Positions 50,409-60,717 of a stretch of 64,000 nt of DNA are shown here, in pieces. The notes below the pieces were generated by a model. The model saw only the letters and a list, made by a program, of their open reading frames with translations. It searched no databases and had not been told where the DNA came from. Within the stretch, counting starts at the first letter, position 1. Every line of letters starts with the position of its first letter. The translations under genes and the position numbers were made by a program. The stretch is from Promethearchaeota archaeon Loki_b32 (GTDB lineage Archaea > Asgardarchaeota > Lokiarchaeia > Sigyniarchaeales > SOKP01), in NCBI GenBank assembly GCA_005223125.1, contig NJBH01000004.1:64001-128000 (forward strand), read 5' to 3'.

Positions 50409-51524
50409 TTAATAGTCTTTATTCACCATTTTTTTTTCATCTTTAGTTAATTCCCGTACAGCTCTGGCAGGAGAACCAAACGCAATCGAAAATGGGGGAA
50501 TATCTTCGCTTACTAATGAATTTGCTCCAATTATCGATCCCTCTCCGATTGTAACTCCTGGTAAAACAACAGAATATGCACCTATTCTCGCATTTTTACC
50601 TATTTTAATAGGTCCAAAACTGAAACTTCCATGCTGTATATTCATTGCATTATGAGTTAATAATTTTACACCAATACCACAACCACTACCATCTTCAAAT
50701 TCAATTAATTCAGGTAAGAGAGGATCAGGTATTGCCTTCTGTGAAATATGGCAATTATTACCGATTTTCATTCCAGTAAACCGAAATAATACATTTCTTG
50801 CTCGTGGCCACCCTGTTAAATATGTAATTATTAATGATATTAAGTGATTAAAAGCACCTCTTACAAACCAAGATACAGAATAACCTTTAGACTGAAGATA
50901 TTGTGCAATAATTAACATTGGTACAGGAGTGAAGATATGTTCATCAGTGTCTATATTAATATTAGTTATTTTACCCTTAACTTCAATTTCAAATTCTGGT
51001 CTTCTCTTTTTCCATATTTTTCTAGCTTTAATCAAATCCTTAAAAAAAATAAGAAAATCAGTACTCACTAAAAATAAGAATAACCCTAATGCAAATATTA
51101 TTGGTAAAAAGAGTATAAGAAACATTAACCTTGTATTAAGAGTTATTTCTTGATTGAATATAATACTAAAATAAGCATAATGACTTGCTATAAATGTAAC
51201 TAATACAAATCCACATAAACTAAAGACATATATTATGGAACCTGTCATATGTTTTACTTTTGCTAAATTATATCCAAAAACATATAATACAAGAAAAAGC
51301 GCATAGCAAATAAAAATCCCAGCATAGACAAATATAGTATAATTATAAAATAACAATAATAACCATGGTCTTAACAAATTGTAAATGAAATCCATCCATG
51401 GAATCGATAGAAAAATCTGATTAAATATTAATAATACTATAAATAATGCGCTTAAAATTAAGAAAATAAATGAAAAAATGAATCCCTTCGTCCAAAATTT
51501 CATTTTACCTGAGACTTTAGACAT
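50409..51524 (-). CDS. Membrane-anchored hexapeptide-repeat (LbH) acyltransferase
   Basis: N-terminal TMs; IKIGKNARIGAYSVVLPGVTIGEGSIIGANS..GSPAR. Confidence 0.85.
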   Translation of the reverse strand: MSKVSGKMKFWTKGFIFSFIFLILSALFIVLLIFNQIFLSIPWMDFIYNLLRPWLLLLFYNYTIFVYAGIFICYALFLVLYVFGYNLAKVKHMTGSIIYVFSLCGFVLVTFIASHYAYFSIIFNQEITLNTRLMFLILFLPIIFALGLFLFLVSTDFLIFFKDLIKARKIWKKRRPEFEIEVKGKITNINIDTDEHIFTPVPMLIIAQYLQSKGYSVSWFVRGAFNHLISLIITYLTGWPRARNVLFRFTGMKIGNNCHISQKAIPDPLLPELIEFEDGSGCGIGVKLLTHNAMNIQHGSFSFGPIKIGKNARIGAYSVVLPGVTIGEGSIIGANSLVSEDIPPFSIAFGSPARAVRELTKDEKKMVNKDY

Positions 51525-51642
51525 TGTCTTGAATTAAATCAATTAATTATTTAAAAAATCTAATACTTGTATAGAATAATAAAACAACATCTTCTAATAA
51601 TATATAGATTTTCTGTTTTCAATTTACTTTAGACAAAAAGAT

Positions 51643-52410
51643 ATGAATTCTAAACCTAAGATTTCAGTTATAATCCCCACTTATAATGAGGAAACTAATA
51701 TAAAAAAATCATTAATCGCAGTCAAAAAACAACGCTGTAATATTCCTTATGAAATTATTGTAGCTGATGGACAAAGTTCAGATGAAACTGTTTCTATAGC
51801 TAAAAAATTTGCGAAAGTGTATATTGCTCCAAAAAAAGGTAAATCTTTTCAAGTAAATTATGTTGTACCAAAGACTTCTGGTGATTTACTTGTATTTTTA
51901 GACGCAGATACATTAATAGATGAATTTTTCTTACAAAAGATTTACAAAATCTTTGAGAAACATAAAAATCTTTTTGCATGTAGCGCTAGAGTTAAATATT
52001 ATGATGGAAAAGCCATTTCATTTAAATTGGGTTCCCAAGTATTTTCTATAACAAATTACTTTTTTCTTAATTTTAGTATGCATTTATATTACTTTTTTAA
52101 AACATTGCTTCGATATCCTGAACTCATAGGATGTAATATTATTATTAGAAGAGGTATATTCCTAAAAGTAGGGGGATTTAAGCAATTACCCCCAAATTTA
52201 ATAGGAATGGACAAGGTCTTTTCAGATTCTTTAATATACTTAAGTAGAAAAATGAAAAAGGGTAAAATTAGAACTTTAAATTTTATTTCGGTTTTAACAA
52301 GTGGAAGATTCTTAAACAGACGTCGTAGTTTAGGACGTATTACCCAATATCATTCAAAAAAAAACATTTTTTATAATTTAGCAAAAGATACTGATTTGAA
52401 AACAGAATAA
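51643..52410 (+). CDS. GT2 glycosyltransferase
   Basis: SVIIPTYNEE, DGQSSD, FLDAD. Confidence 0.9.
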   Translation: MNSKPKISVIIPTYNEETNIKKSLIAVKKQRCNIPYEIIVADGQSSDETVSIAKKFAKVYIAPKKGKSFQVNYVVPKTSGDLLVFLDADTLIDEFFLQKIYKIFEKHKNLFACSARVKYYDGKAISFKLGSQVFSITNYFFLNFSMHLYYFFKTLLRYPELIGCNIIIRRGIFLKVGGFKQLPPNLIGMDKVFSDSLIYLSRKMKKGKIRTLNFISVLTSGRFLNRRRSLGRITQYHSKKNIFYNLAKDTDLKTE

Positions 52411-52425
52411 TTGTCTAATTTAAAT

Positions 52426-53562
52426 TCATAAATTATTTAATAACTTCCTTATTTCAAGATATCTGCTTTTAAGGGTCAATTTTTTCCATTTATCTATTAG
52501 AGGGATCATGTTCATTGCCAAAGAAAGAGCTTGGCTCATTTCTAAATATTTGTATAACCCTAAACGCCCAACAGGAATAATTTTATCAGATTTACATGCT
52601 TCATTTAGGTATTTATCAAAAATTTTAATATTTCGTTTTGTATATATCGGATACATTGGCAAATTACCATCGTTAAATGACATAGGTTCTTGATATTGGA
52701 TCCATGATTTGTCTGTTTCCTGTTGATGCATAACTTTAAAATTTACTTTTCGGATATAATCTGTATGTTGCGGAAGGTTGATTGTTCCGTAATTCTCATT
52801 TTCCCAATTATCACTATCCTTATAATCAAATCGTAAAGATCTATATTGGAGATTACCAAATTTTAACTGTAATAATTCATCTATACGACCGGAGTATAAA
52901 ATGAGATCATATAACGACTCGTTAAATTCACTTGTATTTAATTCTAAAGGAATTTCTTGTATCATATTTCTGAGGAATTCGGTATATCCATTAACAGGTA
53001 GACCTTGAAAATCATCTTCAAACATTTGAGAATTAGAGTCTGTCAGTTCAATGCGATTTAAAATATATTCTGTTGATAATTCTTTGGGTTCTAAACCCCA
53101 CATTTTTTTGGAATAATTATATATAAATAATCTATATAAAGTAGTTCCAAATTTAGAAACTGAATAAGTTTCAAAGTTAGATAAATCAGGAACATCCGGT
53201 AGTTCTTCTAATTCCTTAAGAATTTGTTCACTATCTTTCATCTCACGAATAGTTTTCTTACTCAGAGGAAAATGTCTCAATATGCCATTGATAAAAATTC
53301 CTTTCTTATGTTTATAATTATTAAAGTCTGAAAATTTTAACACAAATTCTTTAATTCGACTATCTTTAGTGTGAAAAGCATGTCCACCATATGGTTCATA
53401 CTTTATGCCATTAGAACTTGTTTTTGTATAACACAATCCTCCAATATGATCCTCTTTTTCTTTGATTGAAACGATATGACCTTTATTTTTCATCAAAAAT
53501 GCTAAGGTGCAACCAGTAATCCCAGCACCTAATATTAATACTCGCATTGTTTTATCTAACAC
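52426..53562 (-). CDS. glf: UDP-galactopyranose mutase
   Basis: GAGITG, HIGGLC, YGGHAFHT, QGLPVNGY, GRLGLYKYLEM. Confidence 0.88.
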   Translation of the reverse strand: MLDKTMRVLILGAGITGCTLAFLMKNKGHIVSIKEKEDHIGGLCYTKTSSNGIKYEPYGGHAFHTKDSRIKEFVLKFSDFNNYKHKKGIFINGILRHFPLSKKTIREMKDSEQILKELEELPDVPDLSNFETYSVSKFGTTLYRLFIYNYSKKMWGLEPKELSTEYILNRIELTDSNSQMFEDDFQGLPVNGYTEFLRNMIQEIPLELNTSEFNESLYDLILYSGRIDELLQLKFGNLQYRSLRFDYKDSDNWENENYGTINLPQHTDYIRKVNFKVMHQQETDKSWIQYQEPMSFNDGNLPMYPIYTKRNIKIFDKYLNEACKSDKIIPVGRLGLYKYLEMSQALSLAMNMIPLIDKWKKLTLKSRYLEIRKLLNNL

Positions 53563-54158
53563 AATCCTCCAATGAAAATTCTTATTTAAGTTTTTATAGC
53601 GAATTAAAAAATTAATTTATGAATATTTTTACTTCACCATGATCTCAACTAAAGGAATGCGGGATTCGTGAAAAAAGTAGTCATATTTCTTAGAATACCC
53701 TTAGAATAGACTTTATTGCTCTAACTCTGTAAAAATGCGAAAGATAGCCATATCAAGATAACAACAAAATCTACAACAGTGAGCTCCATAAATATTCAGC
53801 TCATTCAAGCCACTAGAACTTTCTAAGTTCTCGGAGTAATTGCGGTGTGGATAATTTTAGATGCATTGATTTATACCCTCCAATGCCTCTCCTATCATAC
53901 ACCACATAAAACTTCTTATCAAAAAAAGGGCGAAGCACTTCTCGGTAATATTTACCCATGATAAGAATTCAACCATATGAACTATTAACTTCTTTAAATT
54001 TCGAAAAAAAAACATTATAATAGGTAATATATATATAACTACAAAACAAGTAATCTTTGTAAAATAAAGTAAAGAGTGAGGTATATTTTTAGTAATATAA
54101 TTAGATATTATATACAGTTTAATAGGGAAAATAAATAAAATTTCAAAAATTATTAAAA

Positions 54159-55283
54159 ATGATGAAAATAGAAAAGCTTCCAAAAGAATGCGAAGAATAT
54201 ATGACCCCAAAAGAAAGAATTTTAGGGCTTATAATGCGCAAAAAACTTGATAGGATACCCGTTTTTCCATTTGTCTCAGCAGCAGCAGCTCAAATTTTGC
54301 ATTTAAACTATGGGGAATATGCACAAAAGCCAGAATTATTTTTAAAAGCTCAAATAGAAGCTCAAAAATTAATTGGATACGATGCAATAACAGCAATGCC
54401 AGATTTATGTGTTGAGGCTCAGGGTTTTGGAGCAAAAATTATATATCCAGATAATAACGCTGCTTATCCAGATCCATATAATCCCATTATTAAATCTCCA
54501 AGTGAATATAAAAACATCGATAAATTATTCGATTGGTCACATGCAGACCGGATGAAAAATCAAATTGAGGTAGTAAGTATTATAAATGATCAATTACCTG
54601 ATATGATGATAGGCGGAATGTCAATAGGTCCTTTAGGACTCATTTCAAGGCTTCGAAATGTGAATGAACTTATACGTGATTTTGTCTACAATAAAGATAA
54701 ACTTCATGATGCTTGTGAAAAAGTAACTGAAATTCAGATCGAATATATAGAGAAACAAATTGAGGCTGGAGCAAAAATTATTATGCTACCAGTAGTTTTA
54801 GCCGAAAGGGAACTTATGAGTAAAGAAATGTGGTTAGAATTAGATATGCCATACCAAGCAAAAATAGCCAAATTTATAAGGAGAAAAAGAGCTCTCTACT
54901 GTGTCCATACATGTGGTCGAGGCCCATATTTTGATCTCTTAATTGAGCACCTCCGACCAGTCCTTATTCAGAACGCTTTTTTACCCGATGGTGTTAAAAC
55001 CGAAGAAGAGATGATAGAAAAATATGGAAAGAAGTTAATTTTCTTAGGTTTTTTAAGTGTTTCAATGCTTGCTTGGTCAAGTCCTAGTGAAGTAATTGCA
55101 GAATGTAAAAGAGAAATCGAAGTTTTCGGAAAATCCCCCGCAGGATATTTACTTGGAGCATCTTGTGAATATCCTCCATATGCGCCTTTATATAATGCAA
55201 TGGCGGTGGTTAAGGCAGCTAGAATATATGGAGTTAATTTTAAAGCTGGAGAAGGAGCTAATTATGAAGATGGAGGCACCTAA
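54159..55283 (+). CDS. MtaA/CmuA (URO-D family) methylcobamide methyltransferase
   Basis: MTPKER, DLCVEAQGFG, HTCG, GASCE; adjacent to a corrinoid protein. Confidence 0.85.
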   Translation: MMKIEKLPKECEEYMTPKERILGLIMRKKLDRIPVFPFVSAAAAQILHLNYGEYAQKPELFLKAQIEAQKLIGYDAITAMPDLCVEAQGFGAKIIYPDNNAAYPDPYNPIIKSPSEYKNIDKLFDWSHADRMKNQIEVVSIINDQLPDMMIGGMSIGPLGLISRLRNVNELIRDFVYNKDKLHDACEKVTEIQIEYIEKQIEAGAKIIMLPVVLAERELMSKEMWLELDMPYQAKIAKFIRRKRALYCVHTCGRGPYFDLLIEHLRPVLIQNAFLPDGVKTEEEMIEKYGKKLIFLGFLSVSMLAWSSPSEVIAECKREIEVFGKSPAGYLLGASCEYPPYAPLYNAMAVVKAARIYGVNFKAGEGANYEDGGT

Positions 55284-55289
55284 ATAAAA

Positions 55290-55934
55290 ATGTTAAAAGA
55301 AGATATATTAAAAAAACTTAAAGAAAGTGTTTTAGATTATGACAGTAAGGCGGCAAAAGAAGCAGCAAAAGAAGCTTTAGAGGCTGGAATTGATCCAATT
55401 GAAGCTATACAGAAAGGCCTTTATTTCGGTTTAAAAGAAGTATGCGACCAATATGAAGACACTGTCTTTCTTACTGATATAATTTTAGCTTCAGATGCTT
55501 TTTATGATGGTGTAAACATTTTAAAGTCTATCATAAGTCCTGAAAAAGCACAATTAATGAAGAAAGGAGTAGCTATTATTGGTGTTGTAGAGGGAGATAT
55601 TCACGATCTTGGAAAAAATATCCTAAAATATCTGATGGAAGCTGAAGGTTTTGAAATGATTGATTTGGGCTTTGATGTAAAAGCTGAAAAATTTATAGAA
55701 GAGGCAGAAAAACACGACGCAGACCTTATATTAATATCCTTAATGTTAAGTTCAATGTTTCCTCAAATAGGAAAGCTCGTTGATTTGGCTAAAAAAAAAA
55801 ATCTAAGAGCAAAAATTATGGCAGGAGGAGGACCAGTTACGGAAGGAATTGCGATGAAATATGGAGCAGATGGATGGGCTCTAACTGCCCCTTTAGCTGT
55901 AAAAAAAGTGTGGGAACTGTTAAAAAAATCTTAA
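55290..55934 (+). CDS. Corrinoid (B12-binding) methyltransferase protein
   Basis: VEGDIHDLGKNI, DLGFDV, GGGP. Confidence 0.92.
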   Translation: MLKEDILKKLKESVLDYDSKAAKEAAKEALEAGIDPIEAIQKGLYFGLKEVCDQYEDTVFLTDIILASDAFYDGVNILKSIISPEKAQLMKKGVAIIGVVEGDIHDLGKNILKYLMEAEGFEMIDLGFDVKAEKFIEEAEKHDADLILISLMLSSMFPQIGKLVDLAKKKNLRAKIMAGGGPVTEGIAMKYGADGWALTAPLAVKKVWELLKKS

Positions 55935-56072
55935 TTTACAAAAATTAAAATCAACAGAAATAGATTAAATTCTTATAAAAGTTTTTAATTCAGCTAAAAA
56001 TGATATCAAAAATCTCTTAATCCCGATAGACTGGTTATTACCATTTCATCCTTACATAATTCGCTTGAGACC

Positions 56073-56456
56073 TTGGATGGAAATTTGATAACAAATCTAG
56101 TTGGCCAGATGCTAGATTGGAGCAGTGATTCTTGTCCAAATTATTATAAAAATTCTTATCCAGATACTGGGAGAGCTAAGTGGCAAAAAGTTATTGACAG
56201 CCGTAACTTCATCAAAAGAGAAGGAGTTGGAGAATTTTTATTACAGTATTATCCTGATGCAGTAAAACGAGTCTTTGGTTACAGCGTGAAGAAAGCTAGC
56301 ACTGTGGAGAGTAAAATTAGAAGCATACTTAATAACTGGGCTAATGAATATGGTTCGATGCCAAAACTGCCAAATATTGTTCTAAATAAACTTGGATTAG
56401 TTACAACTCAGACTCAAATCACAAATTTCCTTGGTAATCCAAATCCAAACCCATAA
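56073..56456 (+). CDS. Hypothetical protein, possibly a gene remnant
   Basis: 127-aa ORF with a weak start; no family recognised. Confidence 0.4.
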   Translation: MDGNLITNLVGQMLDWSSDSCPNYYKNSYPDTGRAKWQKVIDSRNFIKREGVGEFLLQYYPDAVKRVFGYSVKKASTVESKIRSILNNWANEYGSMPKLPNIVLNKLGLVTTQTQITNFLGNPNPNP

Positions 56457-56569
56457 TTTTAAATTATAAATTTTTTATTTTATTATTAAGAATGTTAAAA
56501 AAACAAAAAATCATAAGAATTAAAGATCCACGATTAAAAGGTATATGACTTAATTTAAGAAGAGTTCTA

Positions 56570-56827
56570 ATGAACACATTTTATGATCAGGAGGCAACTC
56601 TTCAAGCTATTTGGTTGGGTTCAAAGGGAGATGAGCAGTTATCACTTCTTCGAAAGCTTGAAGATTTTCGTCATAATTATCGTGATTCGATTTTAGTGTG
56701 TAGTGTATGCTCTAAGTTGGACGGTGATAGAGTCTACATTCCACGACATAAACGTTGGTACTGTACTGATTGTCTAAAGAAAGGAGTTATACCTTCTTTA
56801 AGAAAATTAAAAAGAAAAGCTTTTTAG
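56570..56827 (+). CDS. Small CxxC...CxxC zinc-binding protein
   Basis: CSVC and CTDC. Confidence 0.65.
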   Translation: MNTFYDQEATLQAIWLGSKGDEQLSLLRKLEDFRHNYRDSILVCSVCSKLDGDRVYIPRHKRWYCTDCLKKGVIPSLRKLKRKAF

Positions 56828-57006
56828 CTTACTCTTTAATCCGGTCTATTGTTTATCATTCAGGTTTTGTAGTTTATAAAGTAAGAGTTCTCAGTGTTGG
56901 TTAAGAAGACTTCGAGATTCTATTGAGCAACGAAGAACAATTTTTATTAAAATTTTAAAAGTAATATATAATTTCTTAAGGAAATAAGTATATCTATACT
57001 CTGATA

Positions 57007-57753
57007 ATGAAAATTGCTCTGACTTTCGATATTGAAAGAGATATTCCTAACGTTCTAGATACATATTTTGGGGTAAAATTTGGTGTAAGAACAATATTGA
57101 AACTATTAGATGATTTTAATATCAAGGGCACATTTTTCTGTACAGGAACAGTTGCTAATCAGCACCCTTGGGCTATAAGCCTAATAGAGAGTAAAGGACA
57201 TGAAATAGGTTGTCATAGTCTAAATCATGAACGGATATCCAGATTAAGTTATGAAGAATGTAAAAAGATTATCTCTTCGAATAAAGAAACAATTGAAAAT
57301 ATATGCCAAAAATCAGAAATCATTGGTTTTCGAGCTCCTTACCTTAAACCTCCAAAATTTCTATTTCAAGTGCTAAATGATTTGGGATTTACATATGATT
57401 CTTCAATTAGTTCTCGAAAGAAGATGAAATATTATCCAATAAGTTATGGAATTCAAGAATTTCATCCCTCTAAACTATTTCCTTATTTTCGATTTCCATT
57501 AAGTTCTTTTTTTATTCCATTGTGGATGATGAAAAAGAAATTTATTGTACCGTATTTCCATTGTTGGGAAGCAATTGATATTAAAAATGTATTGGACGAT
57601 CTAAACTTATTTAAAAACTCCCTTTATAGAATAGATCGTTGGATAAACACGGGAGATTCATTTATTAAAAGAATTAGGAAATTAATCATCAAAGCTCTCT
57701 TTAAAAAAACTGAATTTGTAACTTTAAAGCAATTATCTACCAATCTAGATTAA
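57007..57753 (+). CDS. Polysaccharide deacetylase (NodB/CE4)
   Basis: LTFDIE, GTFF, HEIGCHSLNH, GFRAP, YDSS, FHCWE. Confidence 0.9.
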   Translation: MKIALTFDIERDIPNVLDTYFGVKFGVRTILKLLDDFNIKGTFFCTGTVANQHPWAISLIESKGHEIGCHSLNHERISRLSYEECKKIISSNKETIENICQKSEIIGFRAPYLKPPKFLFQVLNDLGFTYDSSISSRKKMKYYPISYGIQEFHPSKLFPYFRFPLSSFFIPLWMMKKKFIVPYFHCWEAIDIKNVLDDLNLFKNSLYRIDRWINTGDSFIKRIRKLIIKALFKKTEFVTLKQLSTNLD

Positions 57754-59193
57754 CTAAAACTCTAACTTTTCTCTCATTCTTCTAATATCCAAAAAGAAAT
57801 TTAAAAAATCTTTTATTGCTCTAAATATCTTTTTTGAATTAAATATGAATTGTAAACCTTTTTTTTTAATCAATCTTATAAAAGTATCTTTCCACCCTCT
57901 ATTAAAATAAGCATAATAATACGCCTTAGATAAAAGTTGTTCTAATTTATCTTTTGATAATTTGTCTAATCGATTTACTGCCGTTGTAAAATTATATTCA
58001 CCCCAATTACTAGATAATAAATAATCTTTTTCAATCAAAATATCTCTAAATTTTGTACCAGGTAAGGGAGTCATTATAGAATACAACGGAAAATCTACAC
58101 CTAGCTTTTTAACCATTTTTATCATAAGATCTGTATCTTTCTCTTCTTCATTTAAACTTGAACCAATTAATAGACTACCAATTATTACTATATCATTATC
58201 ATGAAGTATCCTAATTGCCTCTACAATATCTCGAAATTGAACTTTTTTCTCCATTTCGTTTAATGATTTTTGATTGAATGATTCAATACCAAGGAAAAAC
58301 AACCAGAATCCTGCTTTAGACATTTTTTTAATAACATTTGGATTTTTTTTAATAACATCAATTCGACTTTGACAAATTAAATCTAATTTTATGTCTTCCG
58401 CAATTATTAGATCACAAATCTCTTCTACTCTTTTCATATTTGCAGTGAAGTTATCATCCACTATCAACACATTCTTACTTACATTTTGACTCGAAATAAT
58501 TTTTAACTCTTGAATAACCCGTTCTGTGCTTTTTGTTCTATAAGTTCCTCGATAAAAGAGATGTATATTACAGAAAGTACAATTAAAAGGGCAACCTCTT
58601 GAAGTCTCAATAACATCTATAGGCATCTGAAAAATTTGAAAATAAGCTCTATTATTTCTCAGTTTTCTTGCTGGAAATGGTAATTTATTTAAATCTCTAA
58701 TTAAAGGACGATCTGGATTATTAACTATATTCCCGTTATCTTTAAAAGAAATTCCTTTTATCTCATTTAGATTTTTATTTTTAACTATTTCCCTAAATGT
58801 AATTTCTCCTTCTCCTCGGACTATAACATCTACGAATGAATATTTTATAACTTCAGAATAGGTAAAACTTGGATGCCATCCTCCTAAAACGACTGAATAT
58901 CCTTTATTTTTTGATTCTTTTGCGATTCTTAAAGCAAAATTAATTCCTATAGTGAAACAACATGAAATTCCAACAATATCGGGGCTAAATTCATTAATTT
59001 CTTCCATTATCTGCTTTAAGTCTAAATTTCTGACTTTAGCATCAATTATCTTCACTTTAACTAAATCTAAAATGTTAGCCGCAATATATTCTAAACCCAA
59101 AGCTGGAATTGTAAATTTATCCGTAATACTCTTAGTAATAAAATTTGGATTCAATAAAGCTACTCTTTGGATTTTCTTATCAACTAATTTCAT
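57754..59193 (-). CDS. B12-binding radical SAM protein
   Basis: GGWHPS, GEGE, TSRGCPFNCTFC, GIES, PLPGT. Confidence 0.92.
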   Translation of the reverse strand: MKLVDKKIQRVALLNPNFITKSITDKFTIPALGLEYIAANILDLVKVKIIDAKVRNLDLKQIMEEINEFSPDIVGISCCFTIGINFALRIAKESKNKGYSVVLGGWHPSFTYSEVIKYSFVDVIVRGEGEITFREIVKNKNLNEIKGISFKDNGNIVNNPDRPLIRDLNKLPFPARKLRNNRAYFQIFQMPIDVIETSRGCPFNCTFCNIHLFYRGTYRTKSTERVIQELKIISSQNVSKNVLIVDDNFTANMKRVEEICDLIIAEDIKLDLICQSRIDVIKKNPNVIKKMSKAGFWLFFLGIESFNQKSLNEMEKKVQFRDIVEAIRILHDNDIVIIGSLLIGSSLNEEEKDTDLMIKMVKKLGVDFPLYSIMTPLPGTKFRDILIEKDYLLSSNWGEYNFTTAVNRLDKLSKDKLEQLLSKAYYYAYFNRGWKDTFIRLIKKKGLQFIFNSKKIFRAIKDFLNFFLDIRRMREKLEF

Positions 59194-59367
59194 TTAATCT
59201 ACCAATATTACAAGTGGGAAGATAATTTTCATTCTTTTAATTTTATATTTTTTTTTAGACTTATATAATATGTAAAATAATAAATATTGAATTTAATTGA
59301 TACTATCAATCAGTATTATTAGACTCTGTATTTTTTTATATACCGACAATCCTATTTAAATATTAAC

Positions 59368-60576
59368 TTGAGATTATCTGAAACAATATACATAAATTCT
59401 TCTGCCCAAATATCTAAATTGTGTCATTCAGCTAAGAATTTATACAATTTAGCTAATTGGTATGTAAGACAAGATTTTTTTAAACTAAATATTTTTCTCA
59501 ATTACTACGATCTGGATTATATCTTAAAAGATAAAAATGTTTATCGAGAACTACCTTCTCAGTCTTCTCAACAGATTCTAAAGCTTGTTAATAGAAACTG
59601 GAGATCATATTTTGGAGCATTAAAAGTATATAGAGCGAATCCTAATAAATTTAAGAACAAACCAAAAATTCCACACTATAAAAAGAAGAACGGAGAATTT
59701 ATCGTTATTTTTACAAACCAGCAATGCAGAATTAAGGAGGGTTATTTATACTTTCCAAAAAAGGTTAATCTCAAAAGAATAAAAACAAGAATAAAGGAAA
59801 AACTAAAAGAAGTAAGGATTATACCGTTAAGTATAAAATATAAGATAGAAATTATATATAAAAAAGAAGAGAAGGATTTAGGATTAAATAAAAATAATAT
59901 ATTATCAATTGATTTAGGATTGAATAACCTTATAACTGCTGTAAATAATATTGGGTTAGATCCAATTATTATTAAAGGTAAGGTTGTAAAATCTATTAAT
60001 CAATATTATAACAAGCAATTAGCATTCTATAGAAGCATTGAAAACAAGAAGAGTAATTTCCAAGACACAAAAAGAATCCAAAAATTACACCTAAAGAGAG
60101 ATAATAAAATAAATACCATATTTCACAGAATTTCTAGATTTATAATTAACTATTGCATCAAAAATAATCTTGGCACTATTATAATTGGATATAATAATGG
60201 GTGGAAGCAAAATATAAATATTGGCAAGAAAAATAACCAGAAATTTGTTCAGATTCCATTTTTAAGATTAATTAATCAAGTTAAATATAAATCAGAATTG
60301 GTTGGAATTTCTGTAATAACAATTAATGAGAACCACACATCTAAGTGTAGTTTTCTCGATAATGAAGAGATTAGACATCATAAGAAATATCTAGGTAAAA
60401 GAATTAGTAGGGGATTATTTAGAACTTCCAATGGTACACTCATCAATGCTGATGTAAAAGCAGGTTATAATATAATGAAAAAAGTATTCCCAAATTCCAT
60501 ACAGGTTGATGGGATAGAGGCATTCGGACTGATGCCACAAATAATACAACAAAACATCGTTGATCCTATTATTTGA
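59368..60576 (+). mobile_element. tnpB: Solo TnpB (IS200/IS605-superfamily RNA-guided nuclease); no transposase nearby
   Basis: AKNLYN, SIDLGLNN, IIIGYN, ENHTSKCS, NADV; inserted between two divergent radical SAM genes. Confidence 0.9.
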
Positions 60577-60626
60577 AATGAAATGAGTATATTTTTATTC
60601 ATTTTGATGGTCTCTATGTCTTAACA
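60505..60626 (+). ncRNA. Putative omega-RNA scaffold / right end of the TnpB element
   Basis: Nested hairpins GGCAT/ATGCC (60519-60536), AAATGAGTA/TATTCATTT (60581-60604) and ATAGAGG/TCTCTAT (60514/60617) overlapping the tnpB 3' end; boundaries uncertain. Confidence 0.45.
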
Positions 60627-60717
60627 GCTATATCATTTAAATGATGAGGTTTTAATTTTAATGCTGAATTTACACATTTATTAATTATTAATTTTAATTG
60701 AAATTTTAGATGATTTT

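Noticed and set aside
53580-54150. Intergenic region upstream of the corrinoid genes as a cobalamin riboswitch; ORF 53857-54210
   Set aside because: No recognisable B12-box, only a short AGAACTT/AAGTTCT hairpin; the ORF is low-complexity and overlaps the start of the real gene on the other strand.
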